DNA of 64,000 nucleotides from an uncultured delta proteobacterium (lineage in GTDB: Bacteria; Desulfobacterota; Binatia; UBA9968), in assembly GCA_963745035.1 (NCBI GenBank), contig CAVUVW010000013.1, positions 896,001-960,000 of the forward strand. Direction: 5' to 3'. The notes beneath the pieces are model-generated. The model was not told the DNA's origin. It made no database searches and saw only the letters and a list, made by a program, of their open reading frames with translations. Below, one piece after another: positions 41,452 to 51,264 of this stretch; position 1 is the stretch's first letter, and each line of letters opens with the position of its first letter. Position numbers and translations under genes: made by a program.

Positions 41452-42522
41452 TTATTTTCGTGTGATAAACAGCTGCTGCATCAGCTTGTCCCACTCGGCG
41501 TATTTCTTTTCCGCTTCTTCGACGCCGTATTTCTCGTCGATGTAGGATTTCTTGAATTTTTGTGTCAATGATCCGATGTCTTCGCGGGGCGACCAGAGGC
41601 CGCCCTTCTGGATCATCAGTTGACCTTCCTTGGAATGGAGCCAGTCGAGGAAGAGCAAGGCTGCGTGGGGATGAGGCGCCTTGAGGGTCAAGCCGGAATA
41701 CGCAACCGTGGTCACGACCGGTTCGAGCGGGCGCCAGTCCACCGGCGCGCCTTTTTGCTTGGCTTGGGTGATGTTGGCGTCGAAAATCGTCGGCGACAGC
41801 GGCACTTCCCCCGAGACCACCAGGCCGGACAGCGCCGCTCCGGACATGTTTTGCACTTTCACATCCTGCTCGGCGAGCTTATCCATATATTCCCGGCCGA
41901 AGGCTTCCAGCGTGCTGCCGATCCAGCGCGTTCCCGTCGAGGTGCTGACGATGGACATCTTGCCTTTCCACTTGGGATTCAATAGATCGAGCATGATTTT
42001 CGGCGCCTCGGCCGGCGGAATCACCGTGGTATTGAAGCCCAGGCTGGCGTAAGTCTCGTAGTGGCCGACATAATAGAAACCGTTCTTGCCCTTGTGTTTG
42101 ACGTCTTCGGGATAACTGCGCGCTTCCGGAACATGGTGCTCTAGAAATACTCCCTCGCGTTTCATCAGATCCATCTGCTCGCCGGTCGTGGCGATCACGT
42201 CGGCGATGTACTGGCCGGCGCGAATTTCCTCCAACGCCCGCTTGATCAAGGTTCGTCCATCGGTGCGGTACTCGGTCACCTTGATGAACGGGTACTTTTT
42301 CTCGAACTCCTTGGCCATGGTGCGATACCAGGTGTGGGAGCCGTAGAGGGTGAACGCGCCTTCTTTCTTGGCGCCCTCGATCAGGATCTTTTCCCGGTCA
42401 GCGCCTTGATAGAGCGCCAATTGTGCGATCGACGCCGGCGCAGCGGCGGCAAAACAGTCCACCGCAGCGAGCAGCAAAACCGCGTTAAGCCAGTTTTTGG
42501 TTATCCGAACAAAGCGGCCCAT
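41452..42522 (-). CDS. Extracellular solute-binding protein, paralog of 13334-14416
   Basis: QLALYQGADRE.IL, APHPHAALLFLD. Confidence 0.88.
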   Translation of the reverse strand: MGRFVRITKNWLNAVLLLAAVDCFAAAAPASIAQLALYQGADREKILIEGAKKEGAFTLYGSHTWYRTMAKEFEKKYPFIKVTEYRTDGRTLIKRALEEIRAGQYIADVIATTGEQMDLMKREGVFLEHHVPEARSYPEDVKHKGKNGFYYVGHYETYASLGFNTTVIPPAEAPKIMLDLLNPKWKGKMSIVSTSTGTRWIGSTLEAFGREYMDKLAEQDVKVQNMSGAALSGLVVSGEVPLSPTIFDANITQAKQKGAPVDWRPLEPVVTTVAYSGLTLKAPHPHAALLFLDWLHSKEGQLMIQKGGLWSPREDIGSLTQKFKKSYIDEKYGVEEAEKKYAEWDKLMQQLFITRK

Positions 42523-42597
42523 GATTAGCCTCCGGTTATCGATGGTGTTCCCGGTTTAAGTTCAAGGTCACTTGGAAAACACTTCGCGGCGCCCTTT

Positions 42598-43377
42598 TCA
42601 CAAGATGCGCAGGAACTCGACCAGGTCGCGCAAGTCACCTTCCGTGAGCTTCTCCGTCGTTCCCGCTTTTTGCTGATACTCCCACATGTAACGCACGGCC
42701 TGCTCGAGTGTCGCGAAACGGCCGTCGTGAAAATAAGGCGCGGTTAACGAGACGACACGCAGCGAGGGAACCTTGAATTTGCCGCCGGAAAAAATGTCTT
42801 CAACGTCCTTCTTTTCAAAGGTCGGAGGGAGGTGGCATGCCTGGCAACCCGCCCGCATAAACACCTGGTAGCCGCGCTTGGCCGCCGCGGGTGCGCCGGC
42901 GGACGGAGTTCCGTCGGCGTTCAGATTGGAATTTGCCGGATAGCCGAGCGACCTGACGTACGCCTCGAGGGCGTCTAGCGCGCCGGGCGAAGGCTCCGGT
43001 CCCTTCATCCGGTTGACGATGATGCCGCGCATGTTCGCCTGCAGGCTCGGCGCGGTGCCCGCCCATGAGAAGGCCTGGCGCGTGCCGACGCCCCAAAGAG
43101 TCGGCGTGCTGCGCCCTTTCGGGTCGCCATCCGCCACGACGTCCACCCCGACATAAGTCTTGTTGTTGGTGTGACCGTGGCTCGGGTGACAAGACGCGCA
43201 CGACCACTTGCCGTCGCCGGAGAGCTTCACATCGCTAAACAGCGCCCGCCCTTGCGCGATGAGCGGCGTTTCGGCCGCCTGCATCGGCGTCAACTCACGC
43301 CGCGTAGCACAGCCGGCCGCCAACAAGACGCAGCCGACCAACGCGAGCGGCACGAGCCGGTCCAATCGTATACGCAT
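42598..43377 (-). CDS. Compact diheme cytochrome c peroxidase/MauG-like lipoprotein
   Basis: AAGC lipobox, LF.D..LS...SCASCH, CQACH, FKVPSLR...TAPYFHDG. Confidence 0.82.
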   Translation of the reverse strand: MRIRLDRLVPLALVGCVLLAAGCATRRELTPMQAAETPLIAQGRALFSDVKLSGDGKWSCASCHPSHGHTNNKTYVGVDVVADGDPKGRSTPTLWGVGTRQAFSWAGTAPSLQANMRGIIVNRMKGPEPSPGALDALEAYVRSLGYPANSNLNADGTPSAGAPAAAKRGYQVFMRAGCQACHLPPTFEKKDVEDIFSGGKFKVPSLRVVSLTAPYFHDGRFATLEQAVRYMWEYQQKAGTTEKLTEGDLRDLVEFLRIL

Positions 43378-43421
43378 AAGCTTTCCTGTTGCCGTGTCCG
43401 GCTCGCCTTCTACTCACCTGA

Positions 43422-44507
43422 TCAGTTGGCCTTTCGTGCAGCGGGTGCCAAGTTTTTACTATCGAATCGAAAATACGCCTTACTGTTGTGGTAGGCGATC
43501 TTCTCCTTGGTGATCCGTGACAGATCAGGATGATTCCACAGGTACTTGAGGTTCTTGGGAAACTCTCCGTCCCAATGGGGAATGTCGGAGGCGTAGAGAA
43601 AATGTTCGTCGCCCACATATTCGATGGTCTGAGGCAGGAGTCGCTCCTCGGCCTCGAGACTGAAGTAGACCGGAGACTCGCGCACGACCTCGCTGGGTTT
43701 TTTCTTTAAATGAGGCGCCTCGAACTCGCCGCGGAGCTCCCAGTGCTCGTCCATGCGGTCGAGCCAGTAAGGGAGCCAGCTCGCACCGATCTCGAGAAAG
43801 GCCAGACGGAGCTTAGGAAAGCGCACCGGCACGCCCTGGAAAATGATGCTCGTGAAGTGGAGAAAGATGCCGACCGGAAACGTGTAACAGTGCACCTCGG
43901 CAAAAGTTCTGAAGGCGCCGGCTCCGACCTCCGCCGAAGAGCTGCGGTTACCGTGGACGGAGAGCGGCACGTCGAGCCGCTGCGCCTCTTCGTAAAGCGG
44001 GTCGTACATCGGATCGCCGAGCGCGGTGGGCAATCCCATCGAAAGGAGCTCGAAGCTCACCAGGCCTAACTCCGTGACTGCCCGGCGCAGCTCCTTGGCC
44101 GCTTCCTGGGGCCACTTGAGCGGCAGCACGCCGACGCAGTGAATGCGGTCGGAGAGCGCGTTGTATTCCTTGGCGAAGTGATCGTTGGCGGCGCGGCAAG
44201 CGGCGAGGCAGAACTCAGGCTCGCGCAGCTTCGGGATGTTGCCCGAGCCGGTTGGGAAGAGCACGGCCTGTTCGATATTGTGCTCGTCCATGATCTTGAG
44301 CCAGGTCTCGACCTGCTCAGCCGGACTCATGTTGCGCCCGTAGCCGGGATAGCCCAGCGTCTCAAAGAGATCCGTGTCGAAGGGCTGATCGGAAGGCCAT
44401 AGGCCGGTGTTGCGCCGGTTCCACGGCGGCTCGAGATATTTACGGATATCACTCTGCCGTTCCAGCACATGTCCATCGGCATCGATTACCGGCGGCCAGT
44501 CAGCCAT
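43422..44507 (-). CDS. Amidohydro_2 family protein
   Basis: IDADGH, FPKLRLAFLE, YASDIPHWD; GGAGG RBS. Confidence 0.9.
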   Translation of the reverse strand: MADWPPVIDADGHVLERQSDIRKYLEPPWNRRNTGLWPSDQPFDTDLFETLGYPGYGRNMSPAEQVETWLKIMDEHNIEQAVLFPTGSGNIPKLREPEFCLAACRAANDHFAKEYNALSDRIHCVGVLPLKWPQEAAKELRRAVTELGLVSFELLSMGLPTALGDPMYDPLYEEAQRLDVPLSVHGNRSSSAEVGAGAFRTFAEVHCYTFPVGIFLHFTSIIFQGVPVRFPKLRLAFLEIGASWLPYWLDRMDEHWELRGEFEAPHLKKKPSEVVRESPVYFSLEAEERLLPQTIEYVGDEHFLYASDIPHWDGEFPKNLKYLWNHPDLSRITKEKIAYHNSKAYFRFDSKNLAPAARKAN

Positions 44508-44772
44508 GATTCGCCTCCTTGAATTTTTTTTGAACTCACGGCGCCGGATCGTATCACCGCTCCGGGAAGTGTCAACCGTTTTGCCTACGCCGAAATGAAC
44601 GACACAGCCGATGTCCGCTTCCCGGATGCTAGCGACAAATGTCCTTGACGAACGCCGAGTCTCGGCAATATGTTCGAGCTCTGGGTTGCAGAAGAGTTTG
44701 CGCGACTTGCGCTGAAGCGCCGGCGCAACAACAGCGCGGCATCCGGAAACGTCGCAGGATAGGGAGCGAGCC

Positions 44773-45795
44773 ATGACAAATTACACAATCATCGACGCCG
44801 ACGGGCATGTGCGGGAATCGATTGCCGGGCTGCGGGAATTTATCGAGCCGCGCTGGCAGCGGCGGAATCTATTTCCCAACGACGCCTGGGACCGCGATCT
44901 GCGCGGCAAGCTCGGCGCCAAACCGGAAGGGCCCGAGGATCAGATCGCGGCGATGGATGAGGACGGCATCGACGTCATGGTGCTCTATCCCACCGCCGGC
45001 CTGCATGTCAGCAGCTTGCACGAGCGCGACTTCGCCACTGCGGTGACGAGAGCCTACAACGACTGGCTCTATCATTTTTGCAAAACCAATCCGGCGCGCT
45101 TGAAATTCGTCGCCTTGTTGGCGCCGCAAGATCCTCAGGCGGCGGCCGAGGAGCTCGTCCGCGCGGTGCGCGAGCGCGGCGCGGTGGCGGGCGTGTTGCC
45201 GACGTACGTCCCGCAGATGCCCGACTTCGGCGATAGTCTTTACGATCCGATCTACGCTGCCGCCGAAAAACTCGGCGTGGGGCTCGGTTTTCATACCGGC
45301 ACTTCCGCCGACTCGCTCGGCGGGCAGCGCTTCCGCAAATTTCTCTCGGCGCACACCATCGACCATCCGGCGGAGCAGATGATGGCGATGATCGCGACGA
45401 TCGTCGGCGGGGTCTTCGAGCGTTTCCCCAAATTGAGCATCGCCTATCTCGAATCCGGCATCGGCTGGGTGCCCTACATGATGGATCGGCTCGACGAGGA
45501 AGTGGAAAAGCGCGGCGCCGATGAAGCGCCCTATCTCAAAATGCTGCCCAGCGAATATATCAAGAGCGGGCGGATCTACTTCGGCATCGAGTGCGGCGAA
45601 AAAACCGTACCCGACGCGGTGCGTTGGGGCCTTGATCATACCGTGCTTTATTCGTCCGACTACCCGCACTGGGACGGCGACTGGCCGCACACGATCAAAA
45701 CCGTGCGCGAGCGCAAAGATCTGTCGGACGACACCAAGCGAAAAATGCTGCACGACAACGTGTCGCGCTTCTATAAACTCTCGGAAGCAGCCTGA
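44773..45795 (+). CDS. Amidohydro_2 family protein
   Basis: IDADGH, YNDWL, FPKL..AYLESG, SSDYPHWD. Confidence 0.9.
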   Translation: MTNYTIIDADGHVRESIAGLREFIEPRWQRRNLFPNDAWDRDLRGKLGAKPEGPEDQIAAMDEDGIDVMVLYPTAGLHVSSLHERDFATAVTRAYNDWLYHFCKTNPARLKFVALLAPQDPQAAAEELVRAVRERGAVAGVLPTYVPQMPDFGDSLYDPIYAAAEKLGVGLGFHTGTSADSLGGQRFRKFLSAHTIDHPAEQMMAMIATIVGGVFERFPKLSIAYLESGIGWVPYMMDRLDEEVEKRGADEAPYLKMLPSEYIKSGRIYFGIECGEKTVPDAVRWGLDHTVLYSSDYPHWDGDWPHTIKTVRERKDLSDDTKRKMLHDNVSRFYKLSEAA

Positions 45796-45835
45796 TTACG
45801 GTCTGGCTCTGCTTGCAAGTGGACACAACCACAAT

Positions 45836-46786
45836 TTAAGCTGGGCAACCCAGGATCCAGCCCTCCTCGCGACGGATCGTGTGATCTTCCGCTGATCCGC
45901 TCGCGATTCCCGTAGGAATCGCGAATTCGTTAATGAGTAAATTCTTTGCGTCGAGGTCACGTGCCCAGTGCCACATCGCGCGCACCTGGCCGCGGTCCTT
46001 GATCGTGTCGGTGAGAGGCGCGCGGACGCTCGGATAGATTTCCGCGTGTACGATTTGCACCTTCGGATCGAGCCATCTTCCGGTCGGCGGCACCCATCCG
46101 GTCTCGAAAGGCCAAACGGCGGAGCGTCTGGCGAACTGGGGATCGAATCGGATTCCTTCGAGTCGTGGAATGCCGGTGAGCACCTGGCTGCCGACGCTGC
46201 CGGTACCGAAGAGACGAAACGGAGTATCGCTTTTCGCTCTCCTGTCGGTGATCCGAAGCGACGCGACGGATCCGGCTGCGCAGACGAACGGCTGCGGCGG
46301 CCTTTTCTGCGGCACGCAAGAATGGCCGCCGGCCTTGAAGAGACACCAGAACGGACCGTGCAATTCAGAGCTCGATACCGCGGCGTTGATGGCGCTCGCG
46401 ACCTCGAAACGATTGCTGCGATTGTTCGGTCGTTGGCCCGGGCTTGTGCCGATGTCATCGCCAATATGCTTGCGCAGGTATTGCCAAACGATGCGCCAGG
46501 GCGGCAGCTTGTTGGAAACCGGCTTCGGCAGCAGCGATGCAAAGCCGGCGGGGTATCCGTATCCGAAGTCGGCGCAGAGCAGCACGCGCTTCTTGTCCGC
46601 CCTAACTATGGCCTGAAGCTGCGCACGGATGATCTCCTCCGCTTCGCTCCGCGACGGCGGGCTCACCGTCGTCGGCGTGTGGGCTGCGGCGGACCCATGC
46701 GCGATCCAGATGCAGTCCTGCTTTCCCGCACGACGCCGATCGCCGCCGGACCAGTCGATCATGATATAGCCGTCGAACAGCGGCAT
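45836..46786 (-). CDS. Hypothetical protein, DUF429-like RNase H-fold
   Basis: IDWSG, DF.YGYP, VWPFETG, AEIYPS, EEGWILG. Confidence 0.65.
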   Translation of the reverse strand: MPLFDGYIMIDWSGGDRRRAGKQDCIWIAHGSAAAHTPTTVSPPSRSEAEEIIRAQLQAIVRADKKRVLLCADFGYGYPAGFASLLPKPVSNKLPPWRIVWQYLRKHIGDDIGTSPGQRPNNRSNRFEVASAINAAVSSSELHGPFWCLFKAGGHSCVPQKRPPQPFVCAAGSVASLRITDRRAKSDTPFRLFGTGSVGSQVLTGIPRLEGIRFDPQFARRSAVWPFETGWVPPTGRWLDPKVQIVHAEIYPSVRAPLTDTIKDRGQVRAMWHWARDLDAKNLLINEFAIPTGIASGSAEDHTIRREEGWILGCPA

Positions 46787-46988
46787 CCTTCATTCACCGA
46801 TCTGCCTACTGGCCACAAATGAGTCGACTCTAAGCTGGTCGAACGGCACACGCAGCAGCAGGAGCGTTCGAGGCGGGCTCACGGGAATCACCCACCAATA
46901 CCCGGGTATTGCAGCAAAACCTCCATTCTTAGGCGACAAAATCGGATTTTCCTTGTGTTAAAACTTCAGACGGACTACCTTGTTTACC

Positions 46989-47183
46989 ATGGCTAGAATA
47001 ACCGTCGAAGACTGTTTGGATAAGGTGTCCAGTCGCTTTGAGCTCGTCCTGCTTGCGGCTAAACGGGCGCGACAACTCCAGAAAGGCGCCAAGCCGCTGA
47101 TAACTTGCGAGAACCGCGATATTGTTATTGCGCTTCGCGAGATCGCCGCTGCAAAAGTGCGGTGGGCTGCCCCAAAAATCTAA
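46989..47183 (+). CDS. rpoZ: RNA polymerase omega subunit (short, possibly a paralog)
   Basis: [10 protein letters not shown]...[15 protein letters not shown]...ALREIA. Confidence 0.92.
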   Translation: MARITVEDCLDKVSSRFELVLLAAKRARQLQKGAKPLITCENRDIVIALREIAAAKVRWAAPKI

Positions 47184-47424
47184 CCATACCTTAAGCACGC
47201 GCGGAGTGAGCCACACGATGCTCCACATCGTGATCGTAGGGTAGCGTGTTCGCCATCCCGCGGGAAGCGAGCATACTTTCTGCCAGGCCGGAAGTCGCTC
47301 AACCCCGAAACACCGCGCTGCCAACTAAAATGTAAGCCCCCTTCGAAGCTGCAAAAGCAAGAGCCTAGCGCCAAAACTCGCTTCCTTGTAGACGCAAGAG
47401 TTGATCTGATAACTTTGTGGCTCA

Positions 47425-47453
47425 TTGACATTGTGGCTGTTAAGCCGTAGGTT
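47425..47453 (+). promoter_or_regulatory. Putative sigma70 promoter of the RRM gene
   Basis: TTGACA-N17-TAGGTT. Confidence 0.55.
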
Positions 47454-47625
47454 GAGATTCCTACTTCAGTATACGGCCTTCTGAATGAGGATGACCCAAC
47501 GTTGAAGGCCTACAATCCGTCTCTTTTCCTTGCGAACGATCTCTAATGGATATTGGCAGGATATGTTCTGCCACCGCAGTCGACTTCCCAGGGTCGAAGA
47601 GAAACATTCATGATAGGAGGACCAC

Positions 47626-47934
47626 ATGGGCACTAAATTGTATGTCGGCGGCCTGCCTTATTCGGTGACCGGAGACCGGCTGCAGGAAATCTTTTCAGCA
47701 CACGGCTCTGTCGAATCCGCGAACGTGATCTCGGATAAGTTCAGCGGACAATCGCGCGGCTTCGGCTTCGTCGAGATGAGCTCGAGCAGCGAAGCACAAA
47801 AGGCGATCGAGTCGTTGAACGGCACTCAGCTCGACGGACGCACGCTGACGGTCAATGAAGCCAAGCCGATGGCCCGGCGCGATAACGACGACGGTGGCCG
47901 CGGCAACCGCCAAGGCGGCCGGAACCGCTGGTAA
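47626..47934 (+). CDS. RRM (RNP-1) RNA-binding protein with Gly-rich tail
   Basis: KLYVGGL, SRGFGFVEM, GRTLTVNEA. Confidence 0.95.
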   Translation: MGTKLYVGGLPYSVTGDRLQEIFSAHGSVESANVISDKFSGQSRGFGFVEMSSSSEAQKAIESLNGTQLDGRTLTVNEAKPMARRDNDDGGRGNRQGGRNRW

Positions 47935-48164
47935 ATTTTTCTTCGCCTAACCAATCACCTCGGGCAACAGGTGGGGTTGCCCGTTTCCCGCGAATCTTTG
48001 CCGGCTCGATGCCCGCGATCCGGCAGTAGGATTATTTCGGCGCGCGTGGTTCGCTCTTTTGCAAGCGTGCCGGAACAAATTCTTCCATTACTTACTTTCT
48101 CATGGCGCCAAGTACATCCGGCAACTTGGCGCCCTTTATTGGGCCGCAAATCCTAGGAGGTTTC

Positions 48165-48530
48165 ATGACCGAGCAAGAAGCGGTTAAACAGAGCGCGGAT
48201 TTATTAAGAAGGATCATTCGCAGCGTGGATAAAAAGATCGAGTATCATTTGCTCGACCCGACCCAAGAGGGCCGGTTCTCTCTCCGCCTATCGGTACGAG
48301 GAAAGGCTGGAGTTGTCTCGCTGCTGTCCAATGACCTGCGGTCCGCGCTGGTCGACGATGTGCGCAAGAATCAGATCCGGCAAAAAATCAAAAGCGTGCG
48401 CGACCACATGTTGTCGAACTACGTGGTCGATGTGACGGGAAAGAAAATGGCAAGAATGCTAAAGCAGGCCACAGTTCACGGCGATGGCCCAACGTTCTTT
48501 ACTTTTAGGCGGTCGCCGAGAAGAAGATAA
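48165..48530 (+). CDS. Hypothetical basic protein (121 aa)
   Basis: TAGGAGG RBS; continuous protein-like ORF. Confidence 0.7.
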   Translation: MTEQEAVKQSADLLRRIIRSVDKKIEYHLLDPTQEGRFSLRLSVRGKAGVVSLLSNDLRSALVDDVRKNQIRQKIKSVRDHMLSNYVVDVTGKKMARMLKQATVHGDGPTFFTFRRSPRRR

Positions 48531-48740
48531 CGTTTGCTTGAGCCAAAATGGAAAAATAACTCGTGATCTGGCCCGCGAATAGCACGCTGTGCAACTCCCC
48601 TTGGCCTGCTTAAATCGAATATGAATGGTGCGTTTTCAGCGGGCGAGAATACGAGATTTCGGGGCGTTGCCTGAACGGATCGTTTAACCGGTTATGCTCT
48701 CGGTCACACAACCAATCGAAAGACGGGAAGGAAGGTTCAC

Positions 48741-49295
48741 TTGAACTTAAATGTCGGCCAGAAAATCTACTATGTGGGCCGCGGCCCTTGTTTCGTCGAA
48801 GGCCTCATTCGTAAGTCTGTTTGTGGAGCGTCGGCACTGTTTTACAATCTCACCCTATTGGACGATAGCAAAACCGAGTTTCTCGTCCCGGCTAGTAGCT
48901 GCTCCGACTTGCCGCTTCGCGCATTGCTCGACCGCGAGCAAGTTCCACGACTGCTGAGCCGCCTGCGAGCACGAGTGGGGCCGCCCCAGGCCTTGGCACC
49001 CTGGCCCAAACGTCAATCCGTTAGATCGAAGTTATTCAGCTCCGGATCCCCTTTCGATCTAGCCGATGTGATCGAATCGTTGACCCGCTCAAGCAGTGTC
49101 AGGAAACTGGCGATGGATGAGTGGGAAACCTTGCGGCGCGCCCGGAAGCTGCTGATCTATGAGATAGCGGAAGTAATGAACGAAACGACGAGCGCCGCGG
49201 AAGCCCGGCTAGACCACGTGGCGAATCCCAACAAAAAAGCGATGAAAAACCTGGAAAACGGTATTCGTTTCAACCAAGGACGGAAATCAAACTAG
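48741..49295 (+). CDS. CarD-family RNAP-binding regulator (divergent)
   Basis: VGQKIYY..RGPC.V, LRAL, W..R, SGS..DLADVI..L, ARKLLI.EIA. Confidence 0.8.
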   Translation: MNLNVGQKIYYVGRGPCFVEGLIRKSVCGASALFYNLTLLDDSKTEFLVPASSCSDLPLRALLDREQVPRLLSRLRARVGPPQALAPWPKRQSVRSKLFSSGSPFDLADVIESLTRSSSVRKLAMDEWETLRRARKLLIYEIAEVMNETTSAAEARLDHVANPNKKAMKNLENGIRFNQGRKSN

Positions 49296-49308
49296 CGACG
49301 TCGACTCA

Positions 49309-50280
49309 CTATGGTTTTGCTTGCCAGCCAGCCGATCTGAGCTCGCTATAAATCTTTTTGACGATGCTGTAGTCGAAGAGTCTGTCCTTGTCAGGCGGAT
49401 TGCTCATTTTGGTCAACTCCGCGCGGGTGGCAATTTCGTCTCGCAACACATCCTCCGATACCGATCCCTCCGCGGTCATACTCGCCACCGTGGCGTCGTA
49501 GTCGAGCTCGATGCCCTCGCGCGGCGACTTGTCGTACTTGGCGATGATCGCAAGGGTCTGCTCCTTGTAGCGGCGCGCGTATTCCCTGCCCCTGATCGCG
49601 CCGGCGAGGAATCGTTCGACCAAACCGCGGTTCTCTGAGAGCAACCGATTCGAGGTCACCGCCCCCGACCAGATGAGCTGGACTTCCTTGCCGATATCGG
49701 CGAGCACCGGTCCCTTTGACTGGCCGACTTGCAACACATCTCGCGGCAATAGCGGCGTTGCGTCGATCGCGGCGGTCTTGAAAGCGGCGAAACGAGTTTC
49801 GTTCCGGCCCATGGCGATGAACAGGACCGAGGTTGAGGGAATATTATGCTTCTTGAGGAGCAGTAATGTTGCCAGATGCTGGGTGTCGCCGAAGGTATTG
49901 ATCGCGATCTTCTTGCCGATAAGATCTTTCAGCGTCTGGATCTCGGGCTTGGTTGAGATGAATTTGTAGCTCGGCCTCGACAAATTGGTGTACACGATTT
50001 TCAGCGGCCCGCCGCGCAGGCCCGCGCTGAGCGCCGATCCGGCCGACGTGCTCAAATGCAGCTCGCCGGACATCAACGCCGGAGTCGCTACCCCGCCGCC
50101 CGCGCGAATGTATTCGACATTGAGATTTTGCTCGCGGAAATACCCTTTCTCGATAGCGACGAAATGGTCCATGTAAGCCGCGCTCGGCGTGACCAGAGAC
50201 ACGGTGATGTTTTCTGCAGCGGCCAAACTGCAACGGAGTAGAACGACAACCATCACGTAGAGCCCGCAGCGTTTCTTCAT
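49309..50280 (-). CDS. NMT1/THI5-like ABC substrate-binding protein
   Basis: YMDHFVAIEKGY, STSAGS, VYTNLSRP.Y. Confidence 0.87.
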   Translation of the reverse strand: MKKRCGLYVMVVVLLRCSLAAAENITVSLVTPSAAYMDHFVAIEKGYFREQNLNVEYIRAGGGVATPALMSGELHLSTSAGSALSAGLRGGPLKIVYTNLSRPSYKFISTKPEIQTLKDLIGKKIAINTFGDTQHLATLLLLKKHNIPSTSVLFIAMGRNETRFAAFKTAAIDATPLLPRDVLQVGQSKGPVLADIGKEVQLIWSGAVTSNRLLSENRGLVERFLAGAIRGREYARRYKEQTLAIIAKYDKSPREGIELDYDATVASMTAEGSVSEDVLRDEIATRAELTKMSNPPDKDRLFDYSIVKKIYSELRSAGWQAKP

Positions 50281-50428
50281 GCCGACCTCCAGGTCGTCGA
50301 GATTGTCCTCATTAGCAGCTCGTACTTGCCGCGCGGGTTACTGTCAAGCCACGGAAAACATGGGATGCGGTTCCGGCGCTGATCCGATTGACACCGAGAT
50401 GGGGTTTCTATAAGAGACGAATCATCCT

Positions 50429-51238
50429 ATGCGACTTCAAGACAAAATCATTTTCATCACCAGCGCTGAGCATCCGTGTGCGAGTGCGCTCGCCGGCGGA
50501 TTCGCCCGCGAGGGCGCGCATTGCGTCGTGCTGGACAGCGAAATGGCGCGAGCGGAACGGCTCGCAGCCGAAGTACGATCGCTCGGCAGGCGCGCGCTTG
50601 CCCTGCAATGCGACGTTACAAAAAAATCCCAGGTGGAGGAAGCTGTCCGGCGCGCGGTTGCGGAATTCAGGCGCATCGACGTGCTACTCAACTGCTCGGC
50701 GCTAAATCTCGAGAGCGATTTCTTGAGCCTGACCGAGAATACCTTCAACCAGTGCATCGATCGCGGGCCGAAGGCTTACTTTCTGGCTTGCCAGGCCGTC
50801 GGTCGGCAGATGGCCGAGCAACGCTCGGGCAAGATCATTAACCTTTCAACAACCGATGCGCGCATCGGATCGGGCGAATCGACGGCCAACAGCGCGGCCT
50901 ATGCGAGCATCGACTCGATGACCCGCGGCATCGCGCAAGCGCTCGCTTTCTACGGCGTCAACGTGAACTCGCTCGTTGCCGGACCGATGGAATATCTTTC
51001 GCTGACCGCCGAAGAGGCGGGCGAGCGGTTGCGGCGCATGCCTCTCGGCCGGCTCGGCAAGCCGGCGGACCTCGTCGGCGCGGCGATTTTCTTGGCGACA
51101 AACGATTCAAACTTTATCGCCGGCGAGAGTCTCGTCGTCGACTCCGGCTATGCGAACGCCGCGGTGACCGAAGACGGCTTTCGTCCCGCATGGGGCAAGA
51201 CCTGGGGTAGATTCGAAGTTCCGCCGCCCGGCAAATAA
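50429..51238 (+). CDS. SDR-fold protein lacking canonical motifs
   Basis: CDVT, RIDVLLN, GKIINLS, PLGRLG; no TGxxxGxG and no YxxxK. Confidence 0.8.
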   Translation: MRLQDKIIFITSAEHPCASALAGGFAREGAHCVVLDSEMARAERLAAEVRSLGRRALALQCDVTKKSQVEEAVRRAVAEFRRIDVLLNCSALNLESDFLSLTENTFNQCIDRGPKAYFLACQAVGRQMAEQRSGKIINLSTTDARIGSGESTANSAAYASIDSMTRGIAQALAFYGVNVNSLVAGPMEYLSLTAEEAGERLRRMPLGRLGKPADLVGAAIFLATNDSNFIAGESLVVDSGYANAAVTEDGFRPAWGKTWGRFEVPPPGK

Positions 51239-51264
51239 TTCAAGTACCTTTTGGAGGGCATTCG

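Noticed and set aside
12479-48167. Identical TAGGAGGTTTCAT at two loci
   Set aside because: Explained by a Shine-Dalgarno sequence plus spacer; too short to imply a repeat element
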